A stretch of DNA of 64,000 bases from Octopus vulgaris. Lineage: Eukaryota. Shown in pieces: positions 26,241 through 40,324 of this stretch. Made by a program: the position numbers and the translations under genes. A model generated the notes under the pieces. That model was not told the origin of the DNA. It saw only the letters and a list, made by a program, of their open reading frames with translations, and made no database searches. Within the stretch, counting starts at the first letter, position 1; every line of letters begins with the position of its first letter. The stretch spans positions 100,688,001 through 100,752,000 of the forward strand of contig OX597815.1 in the NCBI GenBank assembly GCA_951406725.2, in the 5' to 3' direction.

Positions 26241-26295
26241 CCCTTTAGTATTCAGACTACTTGGGCCAGATATGGCTGATTTAAATACTAAAATG
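26241..26295. mobile_element. Minimal internally deleted piggyBac-like MITE
   Basis: TTAA-ccctttagtatt...aatactaaaatg-TTAA. Confidence 0.6.
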
Positions 26296-28647
26296 TTAAG
26301 ACAGTAGAAATGGATGATATGAAGGAGATTTTCTAGCAAGAGACTGTAGAAGTTACCTGCATTGGCTTGAAGTTAATGGTTAATTTAGAAATCAAGAAAA
26401 AGATAGGGTTCAATTCACAGCTGGCACTTATATTTAATTCCTTCCTAATTGTGGATCTATGACTAGAATTTAAAATTACACACGAGAAGGCAGTTTTATC
26501 ACTGTTGTTCCATAAAATGGTTGCACTCAAATGTTATAGATGTACACAAATTAAAAAACAAAATGACTGTCACTACTGTTATTGTCATTGGAGGGTGGGT
26601 TTTTTTTTTATTTTACTCAGAAATATAGCACCCATCAAGCTTTTTCAAGGATTGGAAGGCGAATGGGAGAGAAGTTGTCCTTAGAACAGAGATCTAGCTC
26701 AAATGCTTTGCAATAGAGTGGGCTGACTCAACTAAAGGAATAATTGTGGGTCAGGTGGTGTTAAATATGGACCACAGATTAATCCTTTAAAATGTCCACA
26801 TTTTAACAAAATACACTATGCAGTTCAATGCAATTGTTATTATTTGTTATTTGAAATGAAATTTTGTACTTGCATAAAATTATGATAGAAGACATAATTT
26901 CAATACTTTAAATTGGTATTTTTACATCAGAACTAGAATGTTCTCAGGCAAGTTTGTACCAAAAGGATTAAGCCTAGAACTCAAGAACAATCACTCTGAC
27001 AGCCTTCCATACAGTTTCTGTTTATCAAATTTCATTTACAAGACTGTGGAAGAAAGCAAAATTGGCAAAGTTGCTATGCAACAGAATTGAGCAAAAATCA
27101 TGTGATTACAAACTATGCCTTGGTCCAGGTCAAACCTGACTGAACCAGCTGTAAGCGGTTTTTTTTTTTTTTTTTTTTTGTATATGAAGGACAACACTGC
27201 CCAGTGTATGCTAGGGTACAATTTAAGGGAGATTTTGCTATTATTTCTAACAGGCCAAGCAACCAGTTAGAGGAAGTGTTGACTGTAGGAAGATAAATTC
27301 AGTTATTAAATATTTGCTCTGATAAATCATGATTTCATAAACAATATACCCAACTACTTAATCAATTGTTACCTTTGTACATAAAGCTGTACATTTCATT
27401 TAGATTCAGGACTGCTCTGTTTGAGTAAACCTATGATTGATCAAAGATGCATTATCCAAGATGTACCTTTTGTTTTAAGATAACAGAGTGAGATCAGAAG
27501 GAGAATTGGATGCTATTTCTAGCACCAGCTCAACCTGACAAATAGCAACCATACCTCCTTGAAACACACCCTACTTTCTTGAAAAAACTGGATATTACAG
27601 ATACCTGCTGTAGTGAGCAAGACTGATAACTGGTGGTATGGACATCACATAATGAGTAAAGAAAGTGATAGATTACGAAAGCATGGTAGATCTGATGAGG
27701 TTGATCTCAGAATACTGACTCTCACAAGGGAGAGAATGAAGAATTGCAACATGAAATGCCATGTAAAAAAACTAACTCATTAACTCATGGGAACAACATC
27801 ATCATTGTTTAACATTTGCATGTACATGTGCACACCTGATAAATATGTTCAGGCAACATCGATTTGATGGAGGGAGTGAGCTAATGTCAAGCACATACAC
27901 TTGATCACTATAAGTAAATGAGTTGAACACTCATACATCATCTTCAACGGGAGAGTCCATTATATATATCACATCTTCCTTATAGTTTTTGTTTACCAGT
28001 TTCATTCACAAGGCAGTATTAGTTGGCTCAAGGCTATACTAGAAAATACTTGTACAAGGTGGGTTAGAACCTGATGTTACTAATTATAATGCTTGTACAC
28101 ACACCTACACTCATATTACAATTAGTGCCTGTTGCTGATGTTGACATCTGCTGGCGGATATCCTCTAAGATGATCTCTTGTTTACAATATGTAGGTAATG
28201 GTGACTTGAGGCTTCATTTACAAATGTGAAGAGATGAAGGGGAAGTAGAATAAAATGGGAATCTAACATGTGGGAAATTAAACCACAAAATGCTACATTC
28301 ATAGTTAAGACTAATGGAGTTGTATGTGCAAGTGTCAAATCAATGTATGTGTGTGTACATATGTAACAAATGTGTGTGTGTGTGTATGCATATGTGACAG
28401 TAAAGTATATGTGTGCATCTATGTGGTTGGTGCAATAAATACTTGACCTACATTGAAATAGTATCCTTGCATCATTTATAACATAAATAGCCAATTATAG
28501 AAAAATATAAAATAATTTACTTTAAAATTTATATATATATATATATATATATAAACCAATAGCAAGTATTGGACACTAAAACAATTAGGAGGGATGTTTA
28601 GACAACTTCAATAAACAACTCATTATATACTACACTGTAAAATATTG

Positions 28648-28856
28648 GCTTCAAATTTTGGCCCAAAGCCAGCAATTTCAGGGGAGGAGTAAGTCGATTA
28701 TATTGACCTCAATACTCAACTGGTATTTTATTGCCCTTGAAATGATGAAAGGCAAAGTTGACCTCAACAGAATTTGAACTCAGAATGTAATGATGGATGA
28801 AATGTCGCTATGCATTTTACCGAGATTGCTAACAATCCTGCCAGCTCACTGCCTTA
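28648..28856 (-). mobile_element. SINE family A, full length, CpG-eroded
   Basis: Collinear with 6362-6749, with several CG->TG/CA changes. Confidence 0.8.
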
Positions 28857-29084
28857 CTACATGGTGAAATACTGAGTTGGATAATTTGAAGGTGAGAGAA
28901 TGTCTCTAAGTGCTGAAGAAAAAGTCTGGATAACAAAACATTCAGGGAAATGTTACAGAATATTTAATAAAAACTGAAGTAGAAAAGTGATAAATTGGTG
29001 TGTGATTACTTTCAAAGTGGTTCACTATTAGTATTTGGCAAAGTTCACAATATTAACAGAGAAAAATTATTTTCAATGTCTATT

Positions 29085-29292
29085 TCAACCTTTTTAATGC
29101 TTTTTTAAACTATATTTCTGAATTACAAAATCTTTATTCTAATTAATTTTGAAAATAATAAAGAAGTTATTAAAATAACTGTCATTATTAAGCAGGTGTT
29201 TGTAATATAAATTAACGTAAAGTTCTGACAAAGGAGTTTGCTTTATGGAACCAGCGGGTGGTTTCAGGCGGGCTGGTATCAAAAGGGGTTAA
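29085..29292. mobile_element. Second piggyBac-like MITE family, partial
   Basis: Ends ggtatcaaaagggg-TTAA; related right ends near 26971 and 23584. Confidence 0.5.
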
Positions 29293-29963
29293 CCAGTAAA
29301 TTAATGGAATGAAACATTAACTACTGTACCAGCAATTTACAAACTTAGCACAATTGCGCAACTATTTTCCATTTATTTATAATTTCAATCAAAAGTCTTA
29401 ACACAAGACAAAAACTCTGTTGTCCCTTTATATCCCAGACACTAAGAGACCATCCAGTGAGTAAAAGTTGTCCGGAAGAAAACCAACAAAGAAGCTCAAA
29501 ATGCTTGAGATGTGTAATCTTATTGGATTTTGTTGACAATGCTACCAAGTTGGATGCCGACTGCTACAGTGAACAAGTATCAGAAGAAAAAAAAGCAAAA
29601 GTTTTGAAACATAACACTTACGTCGTTATAAGAATATTTTCATACACACTGTTACCGTTTCTATTTCAACAATTCAAGCTGCTAACTTTGCTGTGCTACC
29701 ACATCTACTGAACAGTCTTGATCTTGCTCCAACTATTTGTGTGTATCTGAATAAGTATATAAGTGTATATGTGTGTGTGTATGTGCATGTAGGTATAGAT
29801 GTGGTTAAGAAGTTCATTTCATAATCATGTCATTTTGGGTTCAATCCCATTGTGCACAGCACCTTGGGGGGCAAGTGTCTCCTACTAAAGTTCCGGGCCA
29901 ACCCATACCTTGTGCGTGAAACTGGTAGACAGAAACTGAGTGGCCACCCATTATATTTATGTC

Positions 29964-29996
<33 letters not shown>

Positions 29997-30467
29997 GCAT
30001 ATATGTGCATATATATATATGTGCATTTTTGTGTTTGTATCTCTGCTTGTCAACTGGTTCTGGTTTGTTTTATGTCCCTGTAACTCAGCAGTCTGGCAAA
30101 AAGAAACCAATAGAATGAGTGCTAGATTTCAAACAAGTACTGAGGTCAATATAATCAACTGAAAGGCTTCCATTTGGAGACTCAGCATGGTTGTAGTCAA
30201 ATGGCAGAAAATAAATAAAAGAATGTGCATACATAAGGTGTGTGTATTCAGAGGGAACAGCATGTATTCTAATTAAAACCATTGAATCAACAACCATTTA
30301 TAGCAAATGGAATAGAAAAAAATCATGATGTGAAAACAAGGAAAGATAAAAAAAAAAGATATCTGGTAGTAGAAACAATGCCTCAATATGTATTTGTCCA
30401 ATTCATGCTAGCATGGAAAAAAGGATGTCAAAACTGTGAGTGTGTGTGTATACACATACATATATTC

Positions 30468-30740
30468 AAAGGGTAACAATCTCCTTTGGTCAAGAATGAC
30501 CATAGGATTGCACCTAGGATGTTCTCTTCTGAGGCACAACTCCGGGCAAGCAGACTACTGATGTTGTCCAAGGGAAAGATAAAAGCTGACACAGCTTGGC
30601 ACCAATGATGTGACAACTCATTTCTACAGCTGAATAAAGTGTCTTGCTCAAGAACACAACACACAGTCCAGTTTCGGAATCAAAACTCACCTCGTGATTG
30701 TAAGCCTGACACCCTTAGCCATTTAGCCATGTGCCTTCAC
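30468..30740 (-). mobile_element. Additional tRNA-headed SINE with a CORE-like segment
   Basis: Minus strand: gtgaaggcacatggctaaatggctaagggtgtcagg ... tgtgttcttgagcaagacacttta. Confidence 0.6.
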
Positions 30741-30763
30741 ACGCACGCACACATACACACACA

Positions 30764-30980
30764 CAAGAGGTTGCTGAAAAGTTCCTGGATTTGGGTAAAA
30801 GAAAATACAGGAAGATCAGTTAATTATGATGTTATTCAACATATTCTCCTCTCAGATTCATACACTTACTGCAATAGTCCTTCAATTTTTCTAAGCCCTG
30901 TAAAAGAATTCAGAAAGTTGGGCTTCCAACCAAGCCTTTCGCAATACCCTTAAAGCCAGGAACTTTCCAGCATCCCCTTG
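30764..30980. mobile_element. Tc1/mariner-type MITE, copy 2
   Basis: Collinear with 21018-21234 over its full length, same TIRs. Confidence 0.8.
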
Positions 30981-31902
30981 TGTACACACAAACTTCTGGT
31001 TCCCTATTACTTTGAAATTTGGTAGATGGAAACTATATAAAAGCTTCATACATGCATATGTATGTTGGGTTATCTCTATAAGCAGTGTAAAATGATGATA
31101 GTTTATTGCCAGTTTACCACTAAAGGTAACTAAGCCATACAATAAAAACTTACTGGGACTGCTACCCTACTTTACATAAAGGAGTGATGTTGACCTGTAG
31201 CACAACAATCCATCTATCATTTCTTTAATCTGTCTGCACAGTTAGTGTTTGCTTGAATTCATTCTTACGGCTAGCTTGATTACTGATTGCTTATCTACAT
31301 ACCCATCCATACAATTTCAGCCAAGATCATATCACAGTGAAATCAAAACACACGTGACAAATACACAATTGTGAAAGCTTGTGTTACGATGATACGAAGC
31401 ACTGATGTTATAGAAGTAGTTGTAAGGAACACAAAAGCATAGTGGTAATGGTAATATCAATCATAATGGGGTTATCAACAATCATTTTCGAAACTATTAA
31501 TCTTATCTATAAATTGTATATATTTACACATTATTTCAATTAATTCAAATTGAAGATTATGAACAAGGGTTATAAACATCCACTGAGCTACAAATGGATA
31601 AATACATTAACAGCTGTTCACTCAGGTTCCCAAGTCCAGATGCTCAGCATTTATGAGGGATGTGATGAACTTGTTGGTCAGAGCTAGGTCACCCCACCCT
31701 GGGTGAATGCCACTGCAAGTACAAATAAGTACTAAGCCCAAATATATATATTTTGGAATAAGACACCTGATGATGATCAATAATCAAACACGTTCCAATA
31801 TAGTATAAATGTTAAATATCCACTCTAAATATTTTGTCAATAGTCCAGAAAATGCCACTTTGAAAGAATTAACAATCCATCTCAAAACATTAAACATTTA
31901 TT

Positions 31903-32163
31903 CAGTGGTTCCCAAAGTGGGCAGTACTGATCCTTGAGTGTGGGGGGGGGGGGCATTGAAGAAAAGTGGAATGATAATGGGGTAGCCAAAAATGGGGTGA
32001 TAAAAAAAAATTAATAGGTTAATTAGCTTTAAGTTTATTTGTGAAATACAGTTACTTTGAATTTGTTGCAGAAAGTGGTCTATATTTGTAGTGGGGAGAG
32101 GGCACTAAGAATGTGGCTTGGGTGCCAAGGGGGCAGCAGCCTGAAAAAGTTTGGGAACTACTT
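31903..32163. mobile_element. hAT (Charlie-like) MITE
   Basis: TIRs cagtggttcccaaa / tttgggaactactt. Confidence 0.7.
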
Positions 32164-34235
32164 ATTTATATAAAGGAAATAGAAGTTCAAGTTCTTCGAA
32201 GATTCTCACACTTATTTGCTTTTGCATTGTTTTTCTCTAGCCTCAGGCCAGGCCCAATAGACTTATAACAAGGTATTTCAATCATCACCATCCCATCCTT
32301 TGTTTGGACATTTCATATTTTAGACTACCATTATCCAGTATACCCATTTTTAAGATGGCACAGTATAATTTTAGGGAGATTAGGCTGCTGTCTCTGGCAG
32401 ATTAAGTGATGACACAGAGGTTCATTCACTGGGTTATCATATTCTGTTTTATATCTGCAATGATGTTTCTTAGTAAACAACTATTTTACAAAATATTTAT
32501 CAAAAGTATCTCAAATTATTAAGTGTATTAGAAATCAATATCCCAGTTTCTAAGAATGTGAAGTAACAATATATTTGATGGAGAGTTTATCTCCATTATT
32601 GTCTCTCTATACATCAAAACTATGGCTTCTTATATAGATACAAGACCCAAGATTTAAAGATTTATTGGAAATGAGAGTGTAACCTCTTTCAATAACATTA
32701 GCAACACTGGAAAACAAAACAACTGAATCAACAAAAGTGCCTTAACATAGTCACTCAATCTCTTTAAAATTGTGAGCAAATCTCTCTCAAACCACAATTT
32801 TCTACCTCAAAAAAATTAAAAAAACCCAGAACATCTTAAAATAATATGAAATACTTGAAAATAATATGAAATGGTCACAACCAGAATGTCTTTGATTGCA
32901 AGTCTGTTCAGTCAGAGTCAATATGGGACTACACAACAACTATAGTAAAAAATAAAAAAACTAAGGGCCAGTTGTATCCTACTGTGATCATCATAAGTGC
33001 AATTGAAAAAGCATAAACTTTTTTTAAAATAGCTTTATCAGAGGAGGAAATAGAAAGCTAGAAGCTATCTTCAGATTGAAGACATAACCCAGATGTTAAC
33101 CTCAGAATGGGCCCTACTAAAGATATGGTGTTAATCTGTGCAACAGATTATGTATATCACCCAGTAAGAAGAGCAGTTCTCTGATAGGATCCTACACAGT
33201 TTCCATCTACCCCATTTCATTCACAAGGTTTTGGCTGACCCAAGTTCATGGCAGAAAACATTTGCTCAAGGAGCCATGCAGTGGAATCAAAACTTTACAT
33301 TACATAGTTGTGAAGCTAACAGCCAATGTTTACATTACCTCAAAATATTGTCCACTTCCTTCAGTAATCCATAAATATACTAGCTCAACTGACAGGTAAA
33401 ATTTACACCAAGTAACAATTTTTACCTACTAGCTTACTATCCCATGTCACTTTCACTCAGTTATGAAAACTGAATTTCAACAAAGAACATGGCCTATTGT
33501 TGCACAGGAGGCATTAAATCAACCCAAGTAATGGCTGACACTTATTTCACCAACCCTGTAGGATAAAAGCTAACTGTAATATTGGATGGATTTGAAAACT
33601 AAGTAATCTATCACAGGAGCTGTATTTTGAGCCAACAAGAAAGCCAATGTGTTAAGCTCAACCAGCTAGAAATAACAGCCAAATTTCCTTTAAAGCACAC
33701 TAAATCACATGGGGTGATGTATTCCTAGCTACAACTATGGCACCACCCTCAAACACAGAAAAGTTACTGTTGCAATGCTTTTTATCATATGCTTATTTGG
33801 TGAAAGCTGATCTGGAGCTAAACAACAATGACTGAAGCAAAACTGAATCATAAAAAAAAAACAAAACAACAAAAACCATAGTAAGTTTTGAACTCCTTGT
33901 ATTATATTGCTAACAGGACTTTAGAGTTGGAATCCAGTTCTGGATTAGTTAAATCAGACTCCTTCAACTCTTTACCTGTCTAAAACATTTCATAAGTCTT
34001 TCCTAAGCATCTATGCATTTTTTTTTCAGACTCTTAGTTAGCCTTTGTATCACGTTTTGAGTAACATAAAACTTTCCTAAGTCCCAAGTTACCCTGGTGG
34101 TTGAAAATAATTACAAATGTGTTACATGATGCAAAGACACCGGGGAAATATGCCCTAGAACAGGCAAAGGACTAACAAATTTCTTTGTTATCTCAACTAT
34201 TGAAAGAGAAGCTTATAAATACACACACTAAAAGA

Positions 34236-34520
34236 GGTGGTCCATTTGCCAGGGCCGCTGACTGGCTCCTGTGCTGGTGGCATGTAAAAAACACCATTTG
34301 AGCATGATCATTGCCAGTGCCACTGAACTGGCTCCTGTACATGTGACACGTAAAAGCACCCACTACACTCTTGGAGTGGTTGGCATCAGGAAGGGCATCC
34401 AGCTGTAGAAATTTTGCCAGATCAAATTGGAGCCTGGTGCAGCCTTCTGGCTTGCCAGCCCTCGGTCAAACCGTCCAACCCATGCCAGCATGAAAAGCAG
34501 ACATTAAACGATGATGATGA
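34236..34520 (+). mobile_element. RTE LINE 3' UTR fragment or RTE-partner SINE
   Basis: aaaagcacccactacactc..ggaagggcatccagc..ccgtccaacccatgc..aaacg(atg)n. Same family at 39593-39886, 42755-43057, 20766-20960 (-) and 455-493 (-). Confidence 0.8.
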
Positions 34521-36794
34521 AGCTAAACAGAAGTTTTTTTGTTTTACAAATTTACATACATGTTCATCTAAATGAATTCTAGTGATGATATTAAAAGGTT
34601 CTGTAACTAAGAAAGTGCAAGCTTTCTGTCTAGTAACAGCCTTCAAGAACTGTATATATTCATTTGAACAATTTATATCTATGTTCTAACTCTATCAGCT
34701 CTTACTTTAACAAGACCGTATATATACCTTCTGAAAGGATTTTTCCTGCAAGTCAAATCACACCTTATCTTAAAAATGAATGCATTGGATAAAGTATGCA
34801 GTTCCTGATGTACAAAGACAGAATAGCCATGATTGATCATGATTTTGCTTGATCAGGGCTTACCCAAGGATATGCTAGAACAATATTTTAACTGGAATAA
34901 AGAATGAATCCACTGATTGGTGGGCCAGTAATTTGTAACTTTTAGCAACCCACTTAAATAAATCTCATTGAAAGCTGGGGTTTCATTAGGAACATGTGTA
35001 TGTATGAATGATAGGAAAGATAAACATCACTTCTTTTTTAGTGAAAAAGATTCAGAGAGTTCATTCTAAGTGAGCAAACTTATTTAGCAACATATTTTTA
35101 CAGGAAGTAAATAAAAAGATTAAAAGTATAAAAGATCAAATTATTGAGGACCCCCACCCCACCAACCCATCTGAGACACATCACCGAAGAAACAGTGTAA
35201 AAGACAAAAAAGGAAGGTGGAGAATTAAACAGCAGAAGATGGTGAGGAAGTAGCAGGTTTTACACCACAGGCCAAATGATGTGTTCAGCTGTGCCTTGCA
35301 GACACGATTGCAAAAGTGTTGCTGCGGAGAATGGCCAGTGACCCATGCTGCAACAGCCACCCTACCTCATGGGGCTCTTTTCTCAGACAGGCCACTATTA
35401 TCCCTATTTTGCAAAGGAAATCTGTAGTGCAGCGTCTGAGGACACCTGATGTCACAACAGTAACTGGCACAAACTGATAGCAGTCAGTTAGGCTCCCATA
35501 TTTGTTTCTCTTCCTCTCTTCTGTTATGGGCAGAGATTGATTTCAGAATGTTGGATTGCTGCAAATAAGCAATACACTACGCAGTTATGACATTCAATCT
35601 GTATCTGTTGCAAAGATTGGTTTGTCAGATATATAGAAAATATAATATTAAATAGAAATGACATCCTGCATGTAAAGTAGCCAGATAGGTTAGTAGCATA
35701 AGAAAGAGTATTCAAAAGGTCAACAACATCCATGGTAGTTGGCTGACTCACTATCATTAACACACTCTTGAGCATTCAGTGGTTTGATCAACCGATCTAC
35801 CTCCTTGTTAAATTAACATGTGACTTGAATATTCCACATACAGACATACATGTTCCCTTAAGATAACTCTTAGGTAAAGTCAATGTGACATGGCTAGACT
35901 TTTGAATTCAAGATAACAATCAATCTAAAAGGTTTCCACACTGTTTATATCAACCCAATTTCACTCTCAAGGATTGGGCTGACCAAAACGCCACACAGTG
36001 AAATTGAACCTGGATCTTTATAATTGCAAACTAAACTTCCTCTAACCACTCAGCCATAATTACATGTTAATATGATAGACACCATTTGACTGCTATATTC
36101 CTATGTGACTACAGATGTTGTTTTGAGGAAGAACAATTCTATGAAGTTGGAATTTTCTATGACATGTGACTAACTGAAACTTTGATTTTAAGACAATAAT
36201 TGCAAACCTACAAAGAATAACAGTGCATATCATTAGGTAAACGTTTCCAGAATTGGTATCACTTCTGTTAAAAAGCAATGTTAACCACATTGCAAACCTG
36301 CAGACAATGCTGGAGCAGACATGTCTGTGTGGTTAAGAAGTTCGTTTTGCAACCACCTGGTTCTGGTTTTAATTCCACTGCATGGCAAACTTAGGTAACT
36401 GTCTTCTATGATAGCATTGGTTTGATTGAAACCTGGAGAACAGAATTTGGTAAACTGGAAGTGTGGTTTAGAAGTTTGCTTCACAACCATGTGATTTGGG
36501 GTTCAATCCTTTTGTGCAGTATCTTGAGCAAGTACTACAGCCATGGGAAATAGTGTAGTTGTTGTATGTGTATGTGCATGTTAGTGTTTATCTAACACTG
36601 CTTGACAGCCAGTGTAGGTTTGTTTACATCTCAATAATTTAGTATCTAGCAAAAAGAGGCAGAGGTCCAGAGTTAAAAATAAAACCTGGGGTCAATTCAA
36701 GTGACTAAAAGAAAATACTCCTGAAGGCAGTACCCCAGTATGGTTGAAGTCCAATGACTGAAACAAGTAAAAGAATAATAATAATAATAATAAT

Positions 36795-36990
36795 GGCTTC
36801 AAATTTTACCACAAGGACAGCAATTTGGGGGGGAGGGGATGTGCCGATTACATCGATCCCAGTGCTCAACTGGTACTTAATTTATCAACCCCAAAAGGAT
36901 GAAAGGCAAAGTCAACCTTGGTGGAATTTCAACTCAGAACATAAAGATGAAAGAACACTGCTAAGTATTTTGTCCCGCATGCTAACGACT
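36795..36990 (-). mobile_element. SINE family A
   Basis: Contains aaaggatgaaaggcaaagtcaacc...ggaatttcaactcagaac; preceded by (TAA)n. Confidence 0.8.
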
Positions 36991-38069
36991 CTGAGTGTGT
37001 ATATAAATATACACACACACATGTATGTATATCTTCCATAGAACATTAGTAAAAGATGTAAACAAAAAACTTGAAAAACTTTTGTTTTCAAAACAAAATA
37101 AACCTCTTTTAAACCACCCATGTTGCACGGACAACAACTTGTTATGCTTGATAACAATGACGTGTAAATTTAGTCAGGAATATCAAAGACCAAATGTGAT
37201 AGGGGTATATGAATGTGAAAAACTGATGCACGACTGAAGTGTGTTATAAAACAAATAAGTCAGAAATGCAGTGACCCATAACTGATTAGGTGGAAACATC
37301 TGAACCACAATGTTAGTTTATCAAAGATGTGATATAAGATAGAGAAATACAAGTAAACATGAAGGAATGAATGGAGAAGTAGACTCTGCAAGCCACAAAG
37401 CACCAACAAGGATGCTTAATCTAATAGAAACAGAAGTCAAATTTTCCTCAAATCTCATGCTACCATCTTAAAAAAAAGGAATGAACATATTGAGCAATAC
37501 AGCCTTAGATACACTTGAAAAAAAAAAAAAAAAACTTCAGATGATCATGGCTGGAATGCCTCTGATCATAGATCTGCTCAAAGACTAACTTTACCAATCA
37601 ATCTGTTAATCCTGAACTGAGGCCTTTCTATCAAATGTTTGCTGTGGATTTTGAAGAGCAAGCTGCCAACACCATGATAACCACACACATTATAAGATTA
37701 GCAACACCACTCAGATATCAAATTCCCATATCAAGCTAATTAACCAGAGTGACAGTAACTTTTTTTTTCAGATATCAGCATATTCAGTTATTTGAATAGC
37801 AACAAACAGTAAACTATTGGAGGAAGAGATGATAATAATAATGGTTTCTAAACTAGGCACAAGGAGCATAATCAATTCAATCAACTACAGTACTTGGTTG
37901 ATCCTTTACTTTATAATCCCTAAAGAAATGTAAGGCTTCGGCCGATAAATACTGCAAGGTATTTTGTCTGATGCCTCAATGATTAATAATAATAGTCTCT
38001 AATTTAGGCACAAGGCCCAAAATTTTGAGGATAGGGGGTTAATCAATAACATCAACCTCCATACTTGGG

Positions 38070-38975
38070 AAGTTTCCTGGAGATTTTGTGAAGAGATTTA
38101 ATTTAAAGGATGTGGTATGGTCACTTGCTTCTGCCTAGAATAAAGTAAAAGAAAGTACAGTACAAAGTGGCCGGCGCTTATTGTGACTAAGCATAATGTG
38201 TCATGACCATAATTGGTGATGAACTTGGCTTCACTAGGTTTAGAATTCTTACGAAAAGAAATTGATCTGTAATTTGGATGAGTGTTCCAGAAGTGTGACT
38301 AATGTGCCTGGCAATAAATAACCAAAGATTACAGAAGAAAATGTGGAGGAATAGATGAACATTGATAATGATGAACTTGTTTATCTACTACCTGAAGAAG
38401 AAATTGTGGAAATGGCTCGGCAAGGTGAAAGGAAATAAGATGATGCTCAGGAAGAAAGTGCTGATGAAAAGGAAGTGGAAGAATTTCTACAAATAAATGA
38501 ATCCAGAGGATGAGTGATTTAATTGCAGGACTAGAGCAAAGAGATTTTATAATACAATGAGAAACTAGGTTTATTTTATTCAAAGAAAAATAATTAAGGA
38601 AGAACCAAAGTACCAGAAGTTACCAGTAGTTGATGAAGATATTAATAACATTGCCAAGACTCATTCCAATGTAGAATATCCACTTCCTTGTACTACTGCC
38701 TCTGATATGCACATACCTGCTGACCCTAGCAACAGGTATTATTTTGGGTTTGTGGGGTTTTAAATTACATGAAACAATTATAAAACATTGTTTGTAAACA
38801 TTACTGATTGTACTATTTCCTGTTTTAAGCTTGTTCATACCTTTGATAATATAGTAATATGTTATGTAGAATAAGCATATGATTACACAGAGGGTTCTCT
38901 AAGGGTATTTGTGGTTAATTTCTGAGGTTTGCCAATGGCCAGGGACCCAAGGTTAGTGGATAAATGAGTTTTAAC
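38070..38975 (+). pseudogene. pogo/Tigger-like transposase C-terminal remnant
   Basis: FVKRFNLKDVVWSLASA*NKVKESTVQSG resembles the Tigger post-DDE motif; acidic purine-rich continuation; possible degraded TIR near 38958-38975. Confidence 0.5.
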
Positions 38976-39356
38976 AACGTTACTTTTTAGCTACTAATAA
39001 ATTAAGTCGGCAGTTTTCCATTAAAGACATCATTACTTTTGCCTTCTGCTCATCAAACTACATGCCAGCTCAAGCTCACCTCACTGAAATCTAAGTGTGA
39101 ACTTCTCATATGTTCTTTGTTTGTATCACTTTAGGAAGGCTCAATACAAAATATATTTTATTTATTCTATTCAAAATAGTGAATCACAGTAGTCAGTTTG
39201 TTTTCTTGTACAAGTTAAAGAAGGAACATCTTTAACTAGTATATGATATTGAGATGGCTGGGATCTTGGGCAAGAAATAAAGATTTCAAATCAATATTAC
39301 CAGTTTGCAAACTGCTAATCAATTTGTGATCCTTGCTACCTAAGGCAATGCATTGT

Positions 39357-39412
39357 ACATCCCTAGAGAACTCATTAAAATCTAACATCCCTAGAGTACT
39401 AATTAAAATCTA
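39357..39412. repeat. 28-bp tandem duplication
   Basis: acatccctagag(a/t)act(c/a)attaaaatcta, two copies. Confidence 0.9.
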
Positions 39413-40324
39413 AGTCATCTGGACCTTTGAGATTGAAATGCTTCTGCAGAGGACAGAAGACAGTTGCTGATAATGAAATACCAGTTATTGAGCATCCAGC
39501 CATTAAGTGATTACCCTCAAGGATTTGGTCACCTACAAGACAGTAAATTTAAAACATTTAATTAACTTCTTAACATAAAAATATTATTAAACTCGGCCAC
39601 GATCATAAAAAGCACCATCCAATCGTGGCCATTGCCAGCCTCGCCTGGCCCCCGTGTTGGTGGCATGTAAAAAGCACCATCTGATTGTGGCTGTTTGCCA
39701 GCCTCGTCTGGCACGTAAAAAGCACCCACTACACTCACGGAGTGGTTGGCGTTAGGAAGGGCATCCAGCCGTAGAAACATTGCCAGATCAGACTGGGCCT
39801 GGTGCAGCCTTCTGGCTTCCCAGACCCCAGTTGAACCGTCCAACCCATGCTAGCATGGAAAGCGGACGCTAAATGATGATGATGATGTACTAGCGGAAGG
39901 GAGGGTGTGTGTATGTATATAAATCCTAACATACCTACAGTATTATATTAAAAGTACCTATTTTATTGACTCTAAATCCACCACCACCTCACCACCATAT
40001 GATGTGCATTACAAAACAATTTAGGCAATAGAGATTAGACTTAAAGCTGTAGATCTCTATTGTTTGTGCCAATTCTGTCACTGTTTAATTACATCAATTT
40101 CTAATTAAGAATTAATAAAAGTATTTTTTAAAAATCTTTATGATTCTGTATAATGCAAGTTCTTGCTTCTTTAATGAGCAATAACTTTCTAAACCAACCA
40201 TTTGAACAAAGATTCACCAGCAATGGAGTTGTTCTATAGAAAATTCATATAACAAAGGAAGTTAGTAGTGTTTACATGAGTAGGCACACACATACTCACA
40301 CTGTTAAAGTCACTTGGTAAATTT

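Noticed and set aside
39400-39533. PDZ-like GDQILE after a minus-strand acceptor
   Set aside because: Only a 6-residue match; the frame continues into unrelated sequence and stops.
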